Shown here one piece after another: positions 17,447-25,789 of a DNA stretch of 43,429 nucleotides (the stretch's first letter is position 1; every line of letters begins with the position of its first letter). The stretch spans positions 1 to 43,429 of IMG/VR virus record IMGVR_UViG_3300021340_000006; one strand, 5' to 3'. The stretch is from a virus (lineage: Duplodnaviria > Caudoviricetes). The notes beneath the pieces are model-generated. The model made no database searches. It worked only from the letters and a program-made list of their open reading frames with translations, and had not been told where the DNA came from. The translations under genes and the position numbers were made by a program.

Positions 17447-18867
17447 CCCTTACTCTCACTGACTTGTTCTGCGGGGCCGGCGGTAGCTCGACTGGCGCCA
17501 TCAAGATCCCCGGCGTCCAAGTACGAATCGCCTCAAACCATTGGGATCTAGCCGTGCAGACACACAACACGAATCACCCTGACGCCGATCATCTGTGCGC
17601 TGATCTTTCGCAGATCGACCCGAGGTATTTCCCGAAGACCGACATTCTCTGGGCGTCCCCGGAGTGCACCAATCACTCTGTGGCGAAGGGCAAGAAGCGT
17701 GAAGGAGCGCAACCGGATCTGTTCGGGGAAGTTCTTCCCGACGCCGCGGCGGAACGTTCACGGGCGACGATGTGGGACGTTCCCCGCTTCGCCGAGATCC
17801 ACCGCTACCAGGCCGTCATTGTGGAGAACGTTGTCGACGCCTGGCATTGGGAGCCGTTCCGGGCGTGGCTGATGGCGATGGACTGCCTTGGCTACAACCA
17901 CCAGCCGGTGTTCCTCAACAGCATGCACGCGCAGACCTTCGGCGTTGGTGCTCCGCAGTCCCGTGACCGCATGTACGTCGTGTTCTGGCGCAAGGGCAAC
18001 CCAGCCCCGGACCTCGGCAGGATCACCCGCCCCGATGCGCTGTGCGGCGAGTGCGGGCCGGTGAAAGCCATGCAGACATGGAAGCGTCAACCCGCCTGGG
18101 GCCGATATCGCGCCCAGTACGTCTACCGCTGCCCGAACACCAAGTGCCGCAACGCTGTCGTGGAGCCGCTATTCCGTCCCGCAGCGGAGATCATCGACTG
18201 GGATCTTCTCGGTCAGCGCATCGGAGACCGGACCAAACCGCTGGCGGACAAGACACTGGCGCGGATCCAAGCCGGAATCGACAAGTACTGGGGTCCGTTC
18301 ATCACCGAACACCGCCACGAATACCGAATCCGCGACATCAGCAAGCCGATGCAAACCATCGCCGCCTCGGGTAACCACTTCGGCCTCGCGGTGCCGGTGG
18401 AGGGTCGTGACGGTAAGCAGGCTCAGCCGGTGACGATGCCGGCCCGCACGATGACGACCCGCAGCGAGACCGGTCTGGCGTTCATCGCCGAGCTGCGTGG
18501 CGGCGGATCGAAACATAGGCCCGTCACCGATCCGTTAGCGACCGTCACAGCATCGGGCAATCACCACGGCCTGGTGACCACCTACTACGGCAACGGTTCC
18601 ACCTCAACGACAGATGATGCACTGTCGACCTGCACGACCGTGGAGCGTCACGCACTGCTGACGAAGGAACTGCCCACGGTCGACATAAACGACGTGCTGT
18701 TCCGCATGCTCGAGCCGTCAGAGATCAAACGGGCTATGGACTTCCCCGCCGAATACACCATCCTCGGCAACCGCCGAGAACAGGTCCGCATGTCTGGGAA
18801 TGCTGTCACACCGCCGGCCGCAAGGGATCTAGTCGGTGTCGTCGCCGAATCGTTGGCGGTGGCATGA
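17443..18867 (+). CDS. DNA (cytosine-5) methyltransferase, orphan
   Basis: DLFCGAGG (motif I), ASPEC (IV), ENV (VI), QSRDR (VIII), GNAV (X). Confidence 0.93.
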   Translation: MTLTLTDLFCGAGGSSTGAIKIPGVQVRIASNHWDLAVQTHNTNHPDADHLCADLSQIDPRYFPKTDILWASPECTNHSVAKGKKREGAQPDLFGEVLPDAAAERSRATMWDVPRFAEIHRYQAVIVENVVDAWHWEPFRAWLMAMDCLGYNHQPVFLNSMHAQTFGVGAPQSRDRMYVVFWRKGNPAPDLGRITRPDALCGECGPVKAMQTWKRQPAWGRYRAQYVYRCPNTKCRNAVVEPLFRPAAEIIDWDLLGQRIGDRTKPLADKTLARIQAGIDKYWGPFITEHRHEYRIRDISKPMQTIAASGNHFGLAVPVEGRDGKQAQPVTMPARTMTTRSETGLAFIAELRGGGSKHRPVTDPLATVTASGNHHGLVTTYYGNGSTSTTDDALSTCTTVERHALLTKELPTVDINDVLFRMLEPSEIKRAMDFPAEYTILGNRREQVRMSGNAVTPPAARDLVGVVAESLAVA

Positions 18868-19040
18868 ACTTCGACGACCTGCCCATGATTCAGCTTCGGC
18901 CCGGCCCCACCGACGCCGAGCTGGCCGCCGACCGTGAACGCAAATACCAAGCCGAACTTGCCAAACCGACACCGTGCGGAGGGTTCCCGTTCTGTGAGTG
19001 CGGCGACTGTGACTGGCCGATAGGAGAAGTAACAGCGTGA
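18864..19040 (+). CDS. small Cys-containing protein
   Basis: Read manually: MNFDDLPMIQLRPG...PCGGFPFCECGDC. ATGA and GTGA overlaps. Confidence 0.6.
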   Translation: MNFDDLPMIQLRPGPTDAELAADRERKYQAELAKPTPCGGFPFCECGDCDWPIGEVTA

Positions 19041-19231
19041 TCCAGCCCGCGATGATGTGGAACGACGCTCTGGCACTGAGGTTCCCGCACGTCGACCACA
19101 CCGACTGCCTGCAACGCCGACGCCAGCTCGACGACCAACGTTGGGAGCCGTTCTACCCGCCCCTATGCCTGGACACCCACTGCACCCGTTGTGGGTCGTC
19201 GGTGCCACCGAGGGGACACGACTGCGGATGA
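19037..19231 (+). CDS. small Zn-finger-like protein
   Basis: HCTRCG motif, coupled on both sides. Confidence 0.6.
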   Translation: MIQPAMMWNDALALRFPHVDHTDCLQRRRQLDDQRWEPFYPPLCLDTHCTRCGSSVPPRGHDCG

Positions 19232-19368
19232 ACCACTCCTGCATTTGCGGCCACCAACCGGCCGATCACTACGCCGAGACCGGACGTTGTGAGCACCAAG
19301 AACGAACGCCATTCGGCGACTGGGTCGTGTGCGGCTGCCCAGGATATGAGTGGGAAGGCGACAACTGA
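19228..19368 (+). CDS. small Zn-finger-like protein
   Basis: CICGH...H...C...CGC. Confidence 0.65.
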   Translation: MNHSCICGHQPADHYAETGRCEHQERTPFGDWVVCGCPGYEWEGDN

Positions 19369-20228
19369 TGGCCCGGATACGGACAATCAAACCAGAGTTC
19401 TTCACGTCCCCGGATGTTGCCCAGGTGGACTTCCCTGTCCGCATCTTCTACCAAGCGTTGTGGTGCTGGGCTGACGACTTCGGTATCGGGGAAACAAACC
19501 TCAACGGACTGCTGGGTTTTGCGTTCCCTGACAGCGACGGTTTTTCTGCGCAGGATTTGCGCCGATTTTGCGCCGATTGTGCGCAGCACTTCGGAATCAC
19601 GTTCTACACAGTGCGCGGACGGCACTACTACGCCATCAAATCGTGGGATGCGCACCAGAAAACCGAGCGCCGCGAGCAGCGCCGCAAGCACCCCACCCCG
19701 GACGATTCTGACGCCACACCTGACCAGCGCATATACGGTGGCGCGGATTTTGCGCCGGACATGCCGCGCAATATCGGCGCAGATTTGCGCGAAACCGGCG
19801 CTGGAACAGGGGAACAGGGGAACAGGGGAACAGGGGAATCTTCTGTTGTTACGTATGTAGGCGGCGACAGCGTCGAAGCGCCGGCGAAGCCGACGCCACG
19901 CAAAAGAGGCACCAGGATCACCGACCTCGACTGGATGCCGCAGCAGAAGACTGTCGACCGCATCAAGGCCGCCTTCCCTCACATCAGCAGCGATCAGCTC
20001 CGCAACGAGCACGAGCAGTTCATCTGCTGGGCGACGGGATCTGCATCGCCTAACGCCGTGAAGCTCGACTGGGATGCCACATGGTCCGGGTGGATGCGCC
20101 GCGAGCTAGCGAAAGCCCCTAGCCAGAACGGCTCGAGCGGGAAACCCCACAAGTTGCGTGCGCTGGCCGACCTGGCCGCCGAGGTCCGCGAAATGGAAAC
20201 CACCACCGGGAAGGCATTGGAAGCATGA
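19368..20228 (+). CDS. replication initiator (lambda O / RepA-like)
   Basis: MARIRTIKPEFF...LWCWADDFG, C-terminal KLDWDATWSGWMR, internal iteron-like repeats. Confidence 0.8.
   Translation: MARIRTIKPEFFTSPDVAQVDFPVRIFYQALWCWADDFGIGETNLNGLLGFAFPDSDGFSAQDLRRFCADCAQHFGITFYTVRGRHYYAIKSWDAHQKTERREQRRKHPTPDDSDATPDQRIYGGADFAPDMPRNIGADLRETGAGTGEQGNRGTGESSVVTYVGGDSVEAPAKPTPRKRGTRITDLDWMPQQKTVDRIKAAFPHISSDQLRNEHEQFICWATGSASPNAVKLDWDATWSGWMRRELAKAPSQNGSSGKPHKLRALADLAAEVREMETTTGKALEA
19548..19838. repeat. iteron-like repeats, candidate replication origin
   Basis: GCGCNGATT-type units at 19548, 19559, 19570, 19741 and 19777. (GGAACAGG)x4 at 19803-19834. Confidence 0.65.
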
Positions 20229-20599
20229 CCACCGTCTCAGAAGCCATCGAAGTGATGGGCGTCGTCGCCGCCTGCCACCACCGAACCGCACCACGCATGG
20301 ACGACCGCGAAGTCGTCCTCGTCACCGCCGAGATCTGGGCGGAACTGTTCGAAGTTTACAAACTGTCCAAGGACGACCTAGTCGCCGCGGTGAAGAAACG
20401 CGCCCGCGGAGCCGCTGACGCCCCGGAGCCCGCCGAGATCATCGCCGTTGCCAGGGAGATCCGCCGGGAACGCGCAGAGCGGGAAACCACAGCGGAACGC
20501 CACGTCCGTGAAGCCGCCATTGATGCCAAAGCGGCGGGCCGGGTCCGGTCCATTTCAGAGTTCACCAACCGATTCGCAATTGAGGAGAAAAAAGCATGA
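20225..20599 (+). CDS. probable helicase loader/inhibitor
   Basis: Follows the initiator. AEIWAELF...DLVAAV...PAEIIAVAREIRR pattern. Confidence 0.55.
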   Translation: MTTVSEAIEVMGVVAACHHRTAPRMDDREVVLVTAEIWAELFEVYKLSKDDLVAAVKKRARGAADAPEPAEIIAVAREIRRERAERETTAERHVREAAIDAKAAGRVRSISEFTNRFAIEEKKA

Positions 20600-21033
20600 C
20601 GCAGTTGACCATCGTGGGGAACCTGGTCGCAGACCCAGAACTGAAGTTCACCAAAACCGGGAAAGCTGTCACCAGCTTCTGCGTGGCCGTGGGCAAACGG
20701 CAGAAAACCCAAGAAGGCAACTGGGTGGACGGCGAATCGTCGTTCTACAACTGCTCCATTTGGGAAGCGCCGGCGGAACACTTGGCGGAGTCGTTGGTGA
20801 AGGGCCAGCGGGTGATCGTGGTCGGGGAGATCGCGCAACGCAGCTACGAGAACAATGCGGGTGAGAAGCGCACGGTGTTCGAGGTGACCGCCACCGAGGT
20901 TGGGCCGTCGCTGAAGTGGGCTTTGTGCAAACCGGAGAAGGTCGCATCGAAGGCCGGTGGGTATACGAAGGCCGCTCCGGTGGATGACCCGTGGAGTGCG
21001 GCGCCGACGGTCACCGATGAGCCGCCGTTCTGA
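20596..21033 (+). CDS. ssb: single-stranded DNA-binding protein
   Basis: TIVGNLVADPELKFT...KGQRVIVVG, acidic C-terminus DEPPF. Confidence 0.95.
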   Translation: MTQLTIVGNLVADPELKFTKTGKAVTSFCVAVGKRQKTQEGNWVDGESSFYNCSIWEAPAEHLAESLVKGQRVIVVGEIAQRSYENNAGEKRTVFEVTATEVGPSLKWALCKPEKVASKAGGYTKAAPVDDPWSAAPTVTDEPPF

Positions 21034-21260
21034 TGCCCGACGAACAGTTTTTGGATGGATACCGCTCCGGTTTGGGTGCCGCTATCCGCGCTGTGACAAC
21101 TGTCCGAACAGATTTCCCGCGGTTGACGTGGGATTCCCCGCATGTCGACGATTTGACCCGTCAGGTGGTGGATTCGTTGTTGGAGCAGATCGCGTCGGGG
21201 TTGCGGATCATCTCCGCGAGCGTGGTTCTGGATGACGGGGAGGTGCGCCGGGATGCCTGA
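21033..21260 (+). CDS. hypothetical protein
   Basis: TGATG overlap, 75 aa. Confidence 0.65.
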   Translation: MPDEQFLDGYRSGLGAAIRAVTTVRTDFPRLTWDSPHVDDLTRQVVDSLLEQIASGLRIISASVVLDDGEVRRDA

Positions 21261-21474
21261 CACCAGACGCACCCAGATCGTGGCTCAGCGTGGCGCACAG
21301 CCGTCGATAACGGCGCAACTGCAAGACCCGGACAGTCCCCTAGTGCAGAAGGCCATCGTCCGCGCTTGCGATCAGTGTTTAGCGCCGGCGGGGGAGCTGT
21401 GCATGAAGCGCGGGGGATTCAGCCGAGACTTACTTGGACGCGTCATTCATATCGGAAGGTTGGAGAATCCATGA
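21253..21474 (+). CDS. small Zn-finger protein
   Basis: CDQCLAPAGELC...HIGR. Confidence 0.7.
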   Translation: MPDTRRTQIVAQRGAQPSITAQLQDPDSPLVQKAIVRACDQCLAPAGELCMKRGGFSRDLLGRVIHIGRLENP

Positions 21475-21605
21475 AAACCGAGTTTGTGTGCGTGTGTGGT
21501 CGCGGGTTTGAGCTTGAGGTTCAGCACCGGCTGCATGTGGCTGATGCGATCCTCCGCGAGTTCCCCGAGGTGGCCCATTCCAGGCAATGGGAGGCAAGAC
21601 GATGA
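21471..21605 (+). CDS. small protein, ADAV-helix family member 1
   Basis: CVCG...HRLHVADAILREF. GGAG RBS. Confidence 0.65.
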   Translation: MKTEFVCVCGRGFELEVQHRLHVADAILREFPEVAHSRQWEARR

Positions 21606-21850
21606 GTGACGACATCCGCACCCGAATCGCCGCCGCGATAGAACGCAGTCTGGTAAAGCAGTTCCCCCCTGACCTACCCGACCGATACGGGGAATGGATC
21701 GACAACACCGCCCTGGCCGACGCGGTGATCGCGGAACTGGAGCGACAGCCGCCTGGGCTGCAACGCGACGGCTCATTTATCGACGCCGCCGGAACTGTTT
21801 GGCGGCACAACGGACAGGAGTGGACTGATGACCGCGCCTACCGACCCTGA
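21602..21850 (+). CDS. small protein, ADAV-helix family member 2
   Basis: MSDDIRTRIAA...ALADAVIAELE. Confidence 0.75.
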   Translation: MSDDIRTRIAAAIERSLVKQFPPDLPDRYGEWIDNTALADAVIAELERQPPGLQRDGSFIDAAGTVWRHNGQEWTDDRAYRP

Positions 21851-22160
21851 CGACCACCGCACCAGGATCAATGCCGTGCTGTCTAAGCACTATCCGCAGA
21901 CCGGCTACCAGGACGAACTAACGGACTGGTGTCAGTGCGGGATGCCCCGCGACCATGTGGCCGACGCGGTGATCGCCGAACTGGGGCAGGAATGGCGGGC
22001 TGATTTCGGCTACGACGGCTACGCCGAATGCGACACCCGCGACGAAGCCAAGGCCCAGGTTGATGAGTTCAACGCGGCACTGGGCGACGATATTAGGGAC
22101 GGGGAAAACGCGATTATCATGCGCCGCTGGGTCACCGATTGGGAGACGACCAATGAGTGA
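21828..22160 (+). CDS. small protein, ADAV-helix family member 3
   Basis: HRTRINA...CQCG...HVADAVIAELG...RRWVTDW. Confidence 0.75.
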   Translation: MTAPTDPDDHRTRINAVLSKHYPQTGYQDELTDWCQCGMPRDHVADAVIAELGQEWRADFGYDGYAECDTRDEAKAQVDEFNAALGDDIRDGENAIIMRRWVTDWETTNE

Positions 22161-22425
22161 TCTCCGCACCCGCATCGCCGGGTTGGCACGGTTCCACATC
22201 CCCTTCGACTACGCCGGGGGACTGGACTGCGGCTGCGGTATGGATTTCAAGCCCGACCGCGGCGGTATAGATGTCGCTGATCAGATGTGGGCTGAGCATG
22301 TGGCCGACAAGGTGATCGAAGAACTGGGGCTGCAACGTCAATCTGGTTGGGCGGACGAAGCCATCACCCTTGGTGCTCCCGCCGATTCCCACCGCTACAT
22401 CACTGATTGGATCGCGGATGAGTGA
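22153..22425 (+). CDS. small protein, ADAV-helix family member 4
   Basis: MSDLRTRIAG...CGCG...HVADKVIEELGL...RYITDW. Confidence 0.75.
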   Translation: MSDLRTRIAGLARFHIPFDYAGGLDCGCGMDFKPDRGGIDVADQMWAEHVADKVIEELGLQRQSGWADEAITLGAPADSHRYITDWIADE

Positions 22426-22549
22426 CGCCTATGCTGCTGGACACGCATTAGACAGCTACAGGAGCGCGCGTTGGCCATCGTGGAAGTGCCCATGAACAGC
22501 CCGCGCGATATCGCCGTGATGGACGCCGCAGATGAACTAGAGCTGGTTG

Positions 22550-22738
22550 ATGGCTAACGCGGCCGGAATGATCTTCGAGTCGATTTGGCGTGACTCGGAT
22601 TGGCGCAAGCTATCTCGCGGCGCCCAGGCGCTATACATGCAACTGCTGTCACAGCACTGCGGCGGGGGAGTCACCGACGCGTTCCTGTGTCGCGAGTGCG
22701 TGGACACCCTTGAGGACAACTTCTGGACGACGGCCTGA
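22550..22738 (+). pseudogene. truncated/chimeric fragment of a second replication-initiator-type gene
   Basis: MANAAGMIFESIWRDSDWRKLSRGAQALYMQLLSQ resembles an initiator wHTH N-terminus, then switches to a Cys motif and stops at 62 aa. Confidence 0.55.
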
Positions 22739-22950
22739 TCATCTCCGCGCCGTGCGCCTGTGGGCATGCCGAATGGCGCCACTACCTGGGATGGGGTTGG
22801 TGCATCGGCATTAAGGACGAAACCCCCAAGTGCGACTGCCAGCACTTCGCCGACGCCACCAAGCCGACCTATTGCATCCGCTGTGGAATCACACACCTTC
22901 CTGGCATGTGTGGAAGAGACAAACCAACGATCCGACGAGATGCGGGGTGA
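22735..22950 (+). pseudogene. Zn-finger reading frame lacking a canonical start
   Basis: PCACGHAEWRH...WC...CDCQHF...CIRCG in an open frame. In-frame stop at 22711 and no ATG/GTG/TTG before the motif. Confidence 0.5.
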
Positions 22951-22953
22951 CCG

Positions 22954-23091
22954 ATGAGTGAGCAAACCTGGTGCGACTGTCGGTGGGACGATCCCAACAT
23001 TCCCGATCCCGGCCCGTGTCAATGTCAGAGGGACGCCGACCATGACATGCCGCATCGCTGCTGCTGCGGAAACGTGGCTGACGATGAGTGA
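22954..23091 (+). CDS. small Cys-rich protein
   Basis: MSEQTWCDCRW...CQCQRDADHDMPHRCCCGNVADDE*, read manually. Overlaps the next ATG. Confidence 0.6.
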   Translation: MSEQTWCDCRWDDPNIPDPGPCQCQRDADHDMPHRCCCGNVADDE

Positions 23092-23260
23092 CTTACGCAG
23101 CAGGATCGCTGACGTCGTGCAGCAGACGCCACTGTTCAACGCCTATAACCGTCCGACTGCCCTAGCTGTGGCCGATGCGGTGATCCGCGAACTGCGGTTG
23201 GACTTTGACCTTCGCACCCGTATCGCCAATGAGCCGCCGGAGGTCGTCAGTGGCCCATGA
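23084..23260 (+). CDS. small protein, ADAV-helix family member 5
   Basis: MSDLRSRIAD...AVADAVIRELRLDFDLRTRIA. Confidence 0.7.
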   Translation: MSDLRSRIADVVQQTPLFNAYNRPTALAVADAVIRELRLDFDLRTRIANEPPEVVSGP

Positions 23261-23513
23261 CGTTCCGCCCCATGTGGTCGCCCGCGCCGATCAGGAACTG
23301 GCCGCGGTGGAACACCTCCTGGACTGGCTGATCGTCCGCTGGCGGGACCGCCAGCCCGAGTTCGACGCCGATGGACTGGATTACGTCGGCCGGGTGGGGG
23401 CGTTCATGCACGACATTTACGCCGCCACCATGCCCTATTCCCCGCACGCCCCCTACGCCACGCTCGCCGTCCTGTCCACCGCCGTCACCCGTCTCGCCAG
23501 GAGGAAACCATGA
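23250..23513 (+). CDS. hypothetical protein
   Basis: GGAGG RBS before GTG 23250. Confidence 0.65.
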   Translation: MAHDVPPHVVARADQELAAVEHLLDWLIVRWRDRQPEFDADGLDYVGRVGAFMHDIYAATMPYSPHAPYATLAVLSTAVTRLARRKP

Positions 23514-24340
23514 CCCAGTGCGTCAACTGCGACCGCAAAGCACAGCTGTTCCTGTGCCCTACATGCATCACCGAGCTGCGCGGCCTGTTCGTCGGGCTGC
23601 CGCGGTTCCTGCGCCACCTCCACGAGACCGCCTACGGTCAGGCCACACTGGCCGATGACGGCCGGCACACCCGCTCCCGCGGCTATCACCTCGACGGTGA
23701 CGCCGAGGTGGAGACCTACGGCCGCTCCGCCCTGGCGGTGTTTCTCTCCGCCGGTCGCTGCAACCCGAAGGCGCTGACGTTGCTCGACGATGTCCGCACC
23801 ATGCTGGGCACCTGGGCTCGGCATCTGTGCGAGACCCGCGGCACGACCTTCCCTGTCGGATCGGATTCGCTGCTGTGCGGATGGCTGGCGCGTCACGTGA
23901 GTGCGATCGGGGCCGACGAGGCGGCCAAGGAGTGCTACCGGGATGTCTCTGACGCGGTGGTGCGGATCGAGCGGGCGATCAACCCGCCGGTGCCGCCGCG
24001 GCTGTGCGGGCCGTGCCCCAGCCGCGACGAGTACGGCATCGTGTGCGGCACCCGCCTGATGGCGCCACCGCGGGACACCACGGTGCGCTGCCCGCAGTGC
24101 GGTGCGGTGCACGACGTGGGGGAGCTGATCGGCAAGCTGCTCGCCGATGTCGAGGACAAGAACTTCACCGTGCAGGAGTTGAGCGTGGCGCTGGGGGCCT
24201 TGCGCCAGCCGGTCCCGGTCAAGACTCTGTACCGGTGGACCTACGAGGCGAAGCTGGTGCCCCGCGGATGGCGTGGAGACAAGCCGGTCTATCGGCTGGC
24301 CGATGCGCGCAGGCTGTCTGAGCGCCAGCGGGCGAGCTGA
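23510..24340 (+). CDS. Zn-ribbon plus C-terminal HTH protein, candidate late-gene regulator
   Basis: CVNC..CPTC, CGPCP...CG...CPQCG, and FTVQELS...VPVKTLYRW...VYRLADA. Last gene of the early operon. Confidence 0.7.
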   Translation: MTQCVNCDRKAQLFLCPTCITELRGLFVGLPRFLRHLHETAYGQATLADDGRHTRSRGYHLDGDAEVETYGRSALAVFLSAGRCNPKALTLLDDVRTMLGTWARHLCETRGTTFPVGSDSLLCGWLARHVSAIGADEAAKECYRDVSDAVVRIERAINPPVPPRLCGPCPSRDEYGIVCGTRLMAPPRDTTVRCPQCGAVHDVGELIGKLLADVEDKNFTVQELSVALGALRQPVPVKTLYRWTYEAKLVPRGWRGDKPVYRLADARRLSERQRAS

Positions 24341-24424
24341 CGCCACGCCGTACTACCGGCGGAAATGACATCGGTGTGATTTAATGAGAATCGGTTCGCA
24401 GTAGCACTACTATGTCAATTTTCA

Positions 24425-24450
24425 CCCCGTCGTTCTCGGCGGGGTTTTTT
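24425..24450 (+). terminator. intrinsic terminator
   Basis: CCCCGTCG-TTCT-CGGCGGGG followed by TTTTTT. Confidence 0.85.
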
Positions 24451-24577
24451 CGTGCCACCCGCCCTCTCCTTCGGGTGGCCCGATTGCGGCCGTTGGGCAG
24501 GCGTCCGCATCCGCGGGGGCGCGTCCGCGAGATATCCCAACGCGCATTCACCCGCACCGGGAAGGAACCCCCCCGGG

Positions 24578-24817
24578 ATGTTCAAACTGTGCCGCCAGCT
24601 GGCGGTCATCGACAGAAAGCTGACCATCATCATGGCCGATCAGGAAATCCTCAACGCCTACGTCGCCCGACTGGGCGCCGCCGTCTCGGCCATCAAGGAC
24701 GAGATCGACGCGCTGAAGAACCAGCCCGGTTCGGCCGCGCTGGACTTCACCGGCCTGGAGTCGGCCGTGGCCGGCGTTGAGGGCCTCGAACCGCCTTCGG
24801 ACACCCCCGCCGCCTGA
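24578..24817 (+). CDS. small coiled-coil protein
   Basis: GGAAGGA RBS, amphipathic helical sequence. Confidence 0.7.
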   Translation: MFKLCRQLAVIDRKLTIIMADQEILNAYVARLGAAVSAIKDEIDALKNQPGSAALDFTGLESAVAGVEGLEPPSDTPAA

Positions 24818-24844
24818 TTCATCCCGGCTACCGCAGCAGCCGAG

Positions 24845-25789
24845 ATGCACATCGCTTTCCTGGGCAACTTCGCCGTCGCCCATTCCAGCGAAACTCATCA
24901 CGCCAACAGCCTGGAGTCCCTCGGTCACACAGTGGCCCGCCTTCAGGAGGGCCAAGCCACCGGGGAGACCTTCCTCGTCGCGGCTCGGATGTCGGACCTG
25001 GCGGTCGTGGTGCACACCCACTCCTGGACCACTCCCGGAATGCCGCTGACCGACGCGCTCACCGGGCTGCAGCACCTCGGCATCCCCACAGTCACCTACC
25101 ACCTGGACCTGTGGCGGGGCCTGGCCCGGCAGCGCGACCTCGACGAGGACCCGTTCTACCGGGCTATCGGCTGGTTCTTCACCGTCGACAAGCTGATGGC
25201 CGACTGGCTGTGCGACAACACCGCCGTCAAGGGCCGATTCCTACCCGCCGGGGTGTACGGCCCCGAGTGCTACCTGTCCGAGCAGGACAGCCTCCACGCC
25301 AACGACGTCATTTTCGTCGGATCCCGCAACTACCACCCCGAATGGCCGTGGCGGCCCCAGCTGGTCGATTGGCTGCGCACCACCTACGGTTCCCGGTTCA
25401 CCCACATCGGACCCGACGGGGACACCGGCACGGTGCGCGGATCAGACCTCAACGCCGCCTACGCCCGCTCCAAGGTCGCGGTGGGGGACACCCTGTGCCT
25501 GGGATACACCTACCCGCACTACAGCTCGGATCGGCTGTTTGAGGCCGCCGGCCGTGGAGCGTTCCAGATCTACCCGCGCATCACCGGCCTGAACGACTGG
25601 TTCACTGACGGCGACCACCTGCGCTACTTCGACTTCGGTGACTTCGACCAGCTCGGGGAGCTGATCGAGCATTACCTCACCCACGACGACGAGCGTGAGC
25701 AGATCCGCCTGGCCGGCCAACAGCACGCCACAGCGCATCACACTTACGCCCACCGCTGGCAGACCATCCTCGACACGGTGTTCGCGTGA
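24845..25789 (+). CDS. glycosyltransferase 1 (GT-B, CgeB/Glyco_trans_1_2-like)
   Basis: DVIFVGS...LNAAYARSKVAV...SDRLFEAAGRGAFQI...IEHYLTHDDEREQIRLAG...HTYAHR. Confidence 0.88.
   Translation: MHIAFLGNFAVAHSSETHHANSLESLGHTVARLQEGQATGETFLVAARMSDLAVVVHTHSWTTPGMPLTDALTGLQHLGIPTVTYHLDLWRGLARQRDLDEDPFYRAIGWFFTVDKLMADWLCDNTAVKGRFLPAGVYGPECYLSEQDSLHANDVIFVGSRNYHPEWPWRPQLVDWLRTTYGSRFTHIGPDGDTGTVRGSDLNAAYARSKVAVGDTLCLGYTYPHYSSDRLFEAAGRGAFQIYPRITGLNDWFTDGDHLRYFDFGDFDQLGELIEHYLTHDDEREQIRLAGQQHATAHHTYAHRWQTILDTVFA

Noticed and set aside
16770-18867. HNH plus methyltransferase as a restriction-modification system
   Set aside because: The HNH is a small free-standing type common in phage recombination regions and is separated from the methylase by another gene.
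21471-23260. CRISPR array or diversity-generating retroelement
   Set aside because: The repeats are degenerate, coding and irregularly spaced. No cas or reverse transcriptase gene and no adenine-specific TR/VR pair were seen.
24385-24420. Leftward sigma-70 promoter from TTGACA on the minus strand
   Set aside because: No credible -10 hexamer at 16-19 bp spacing.
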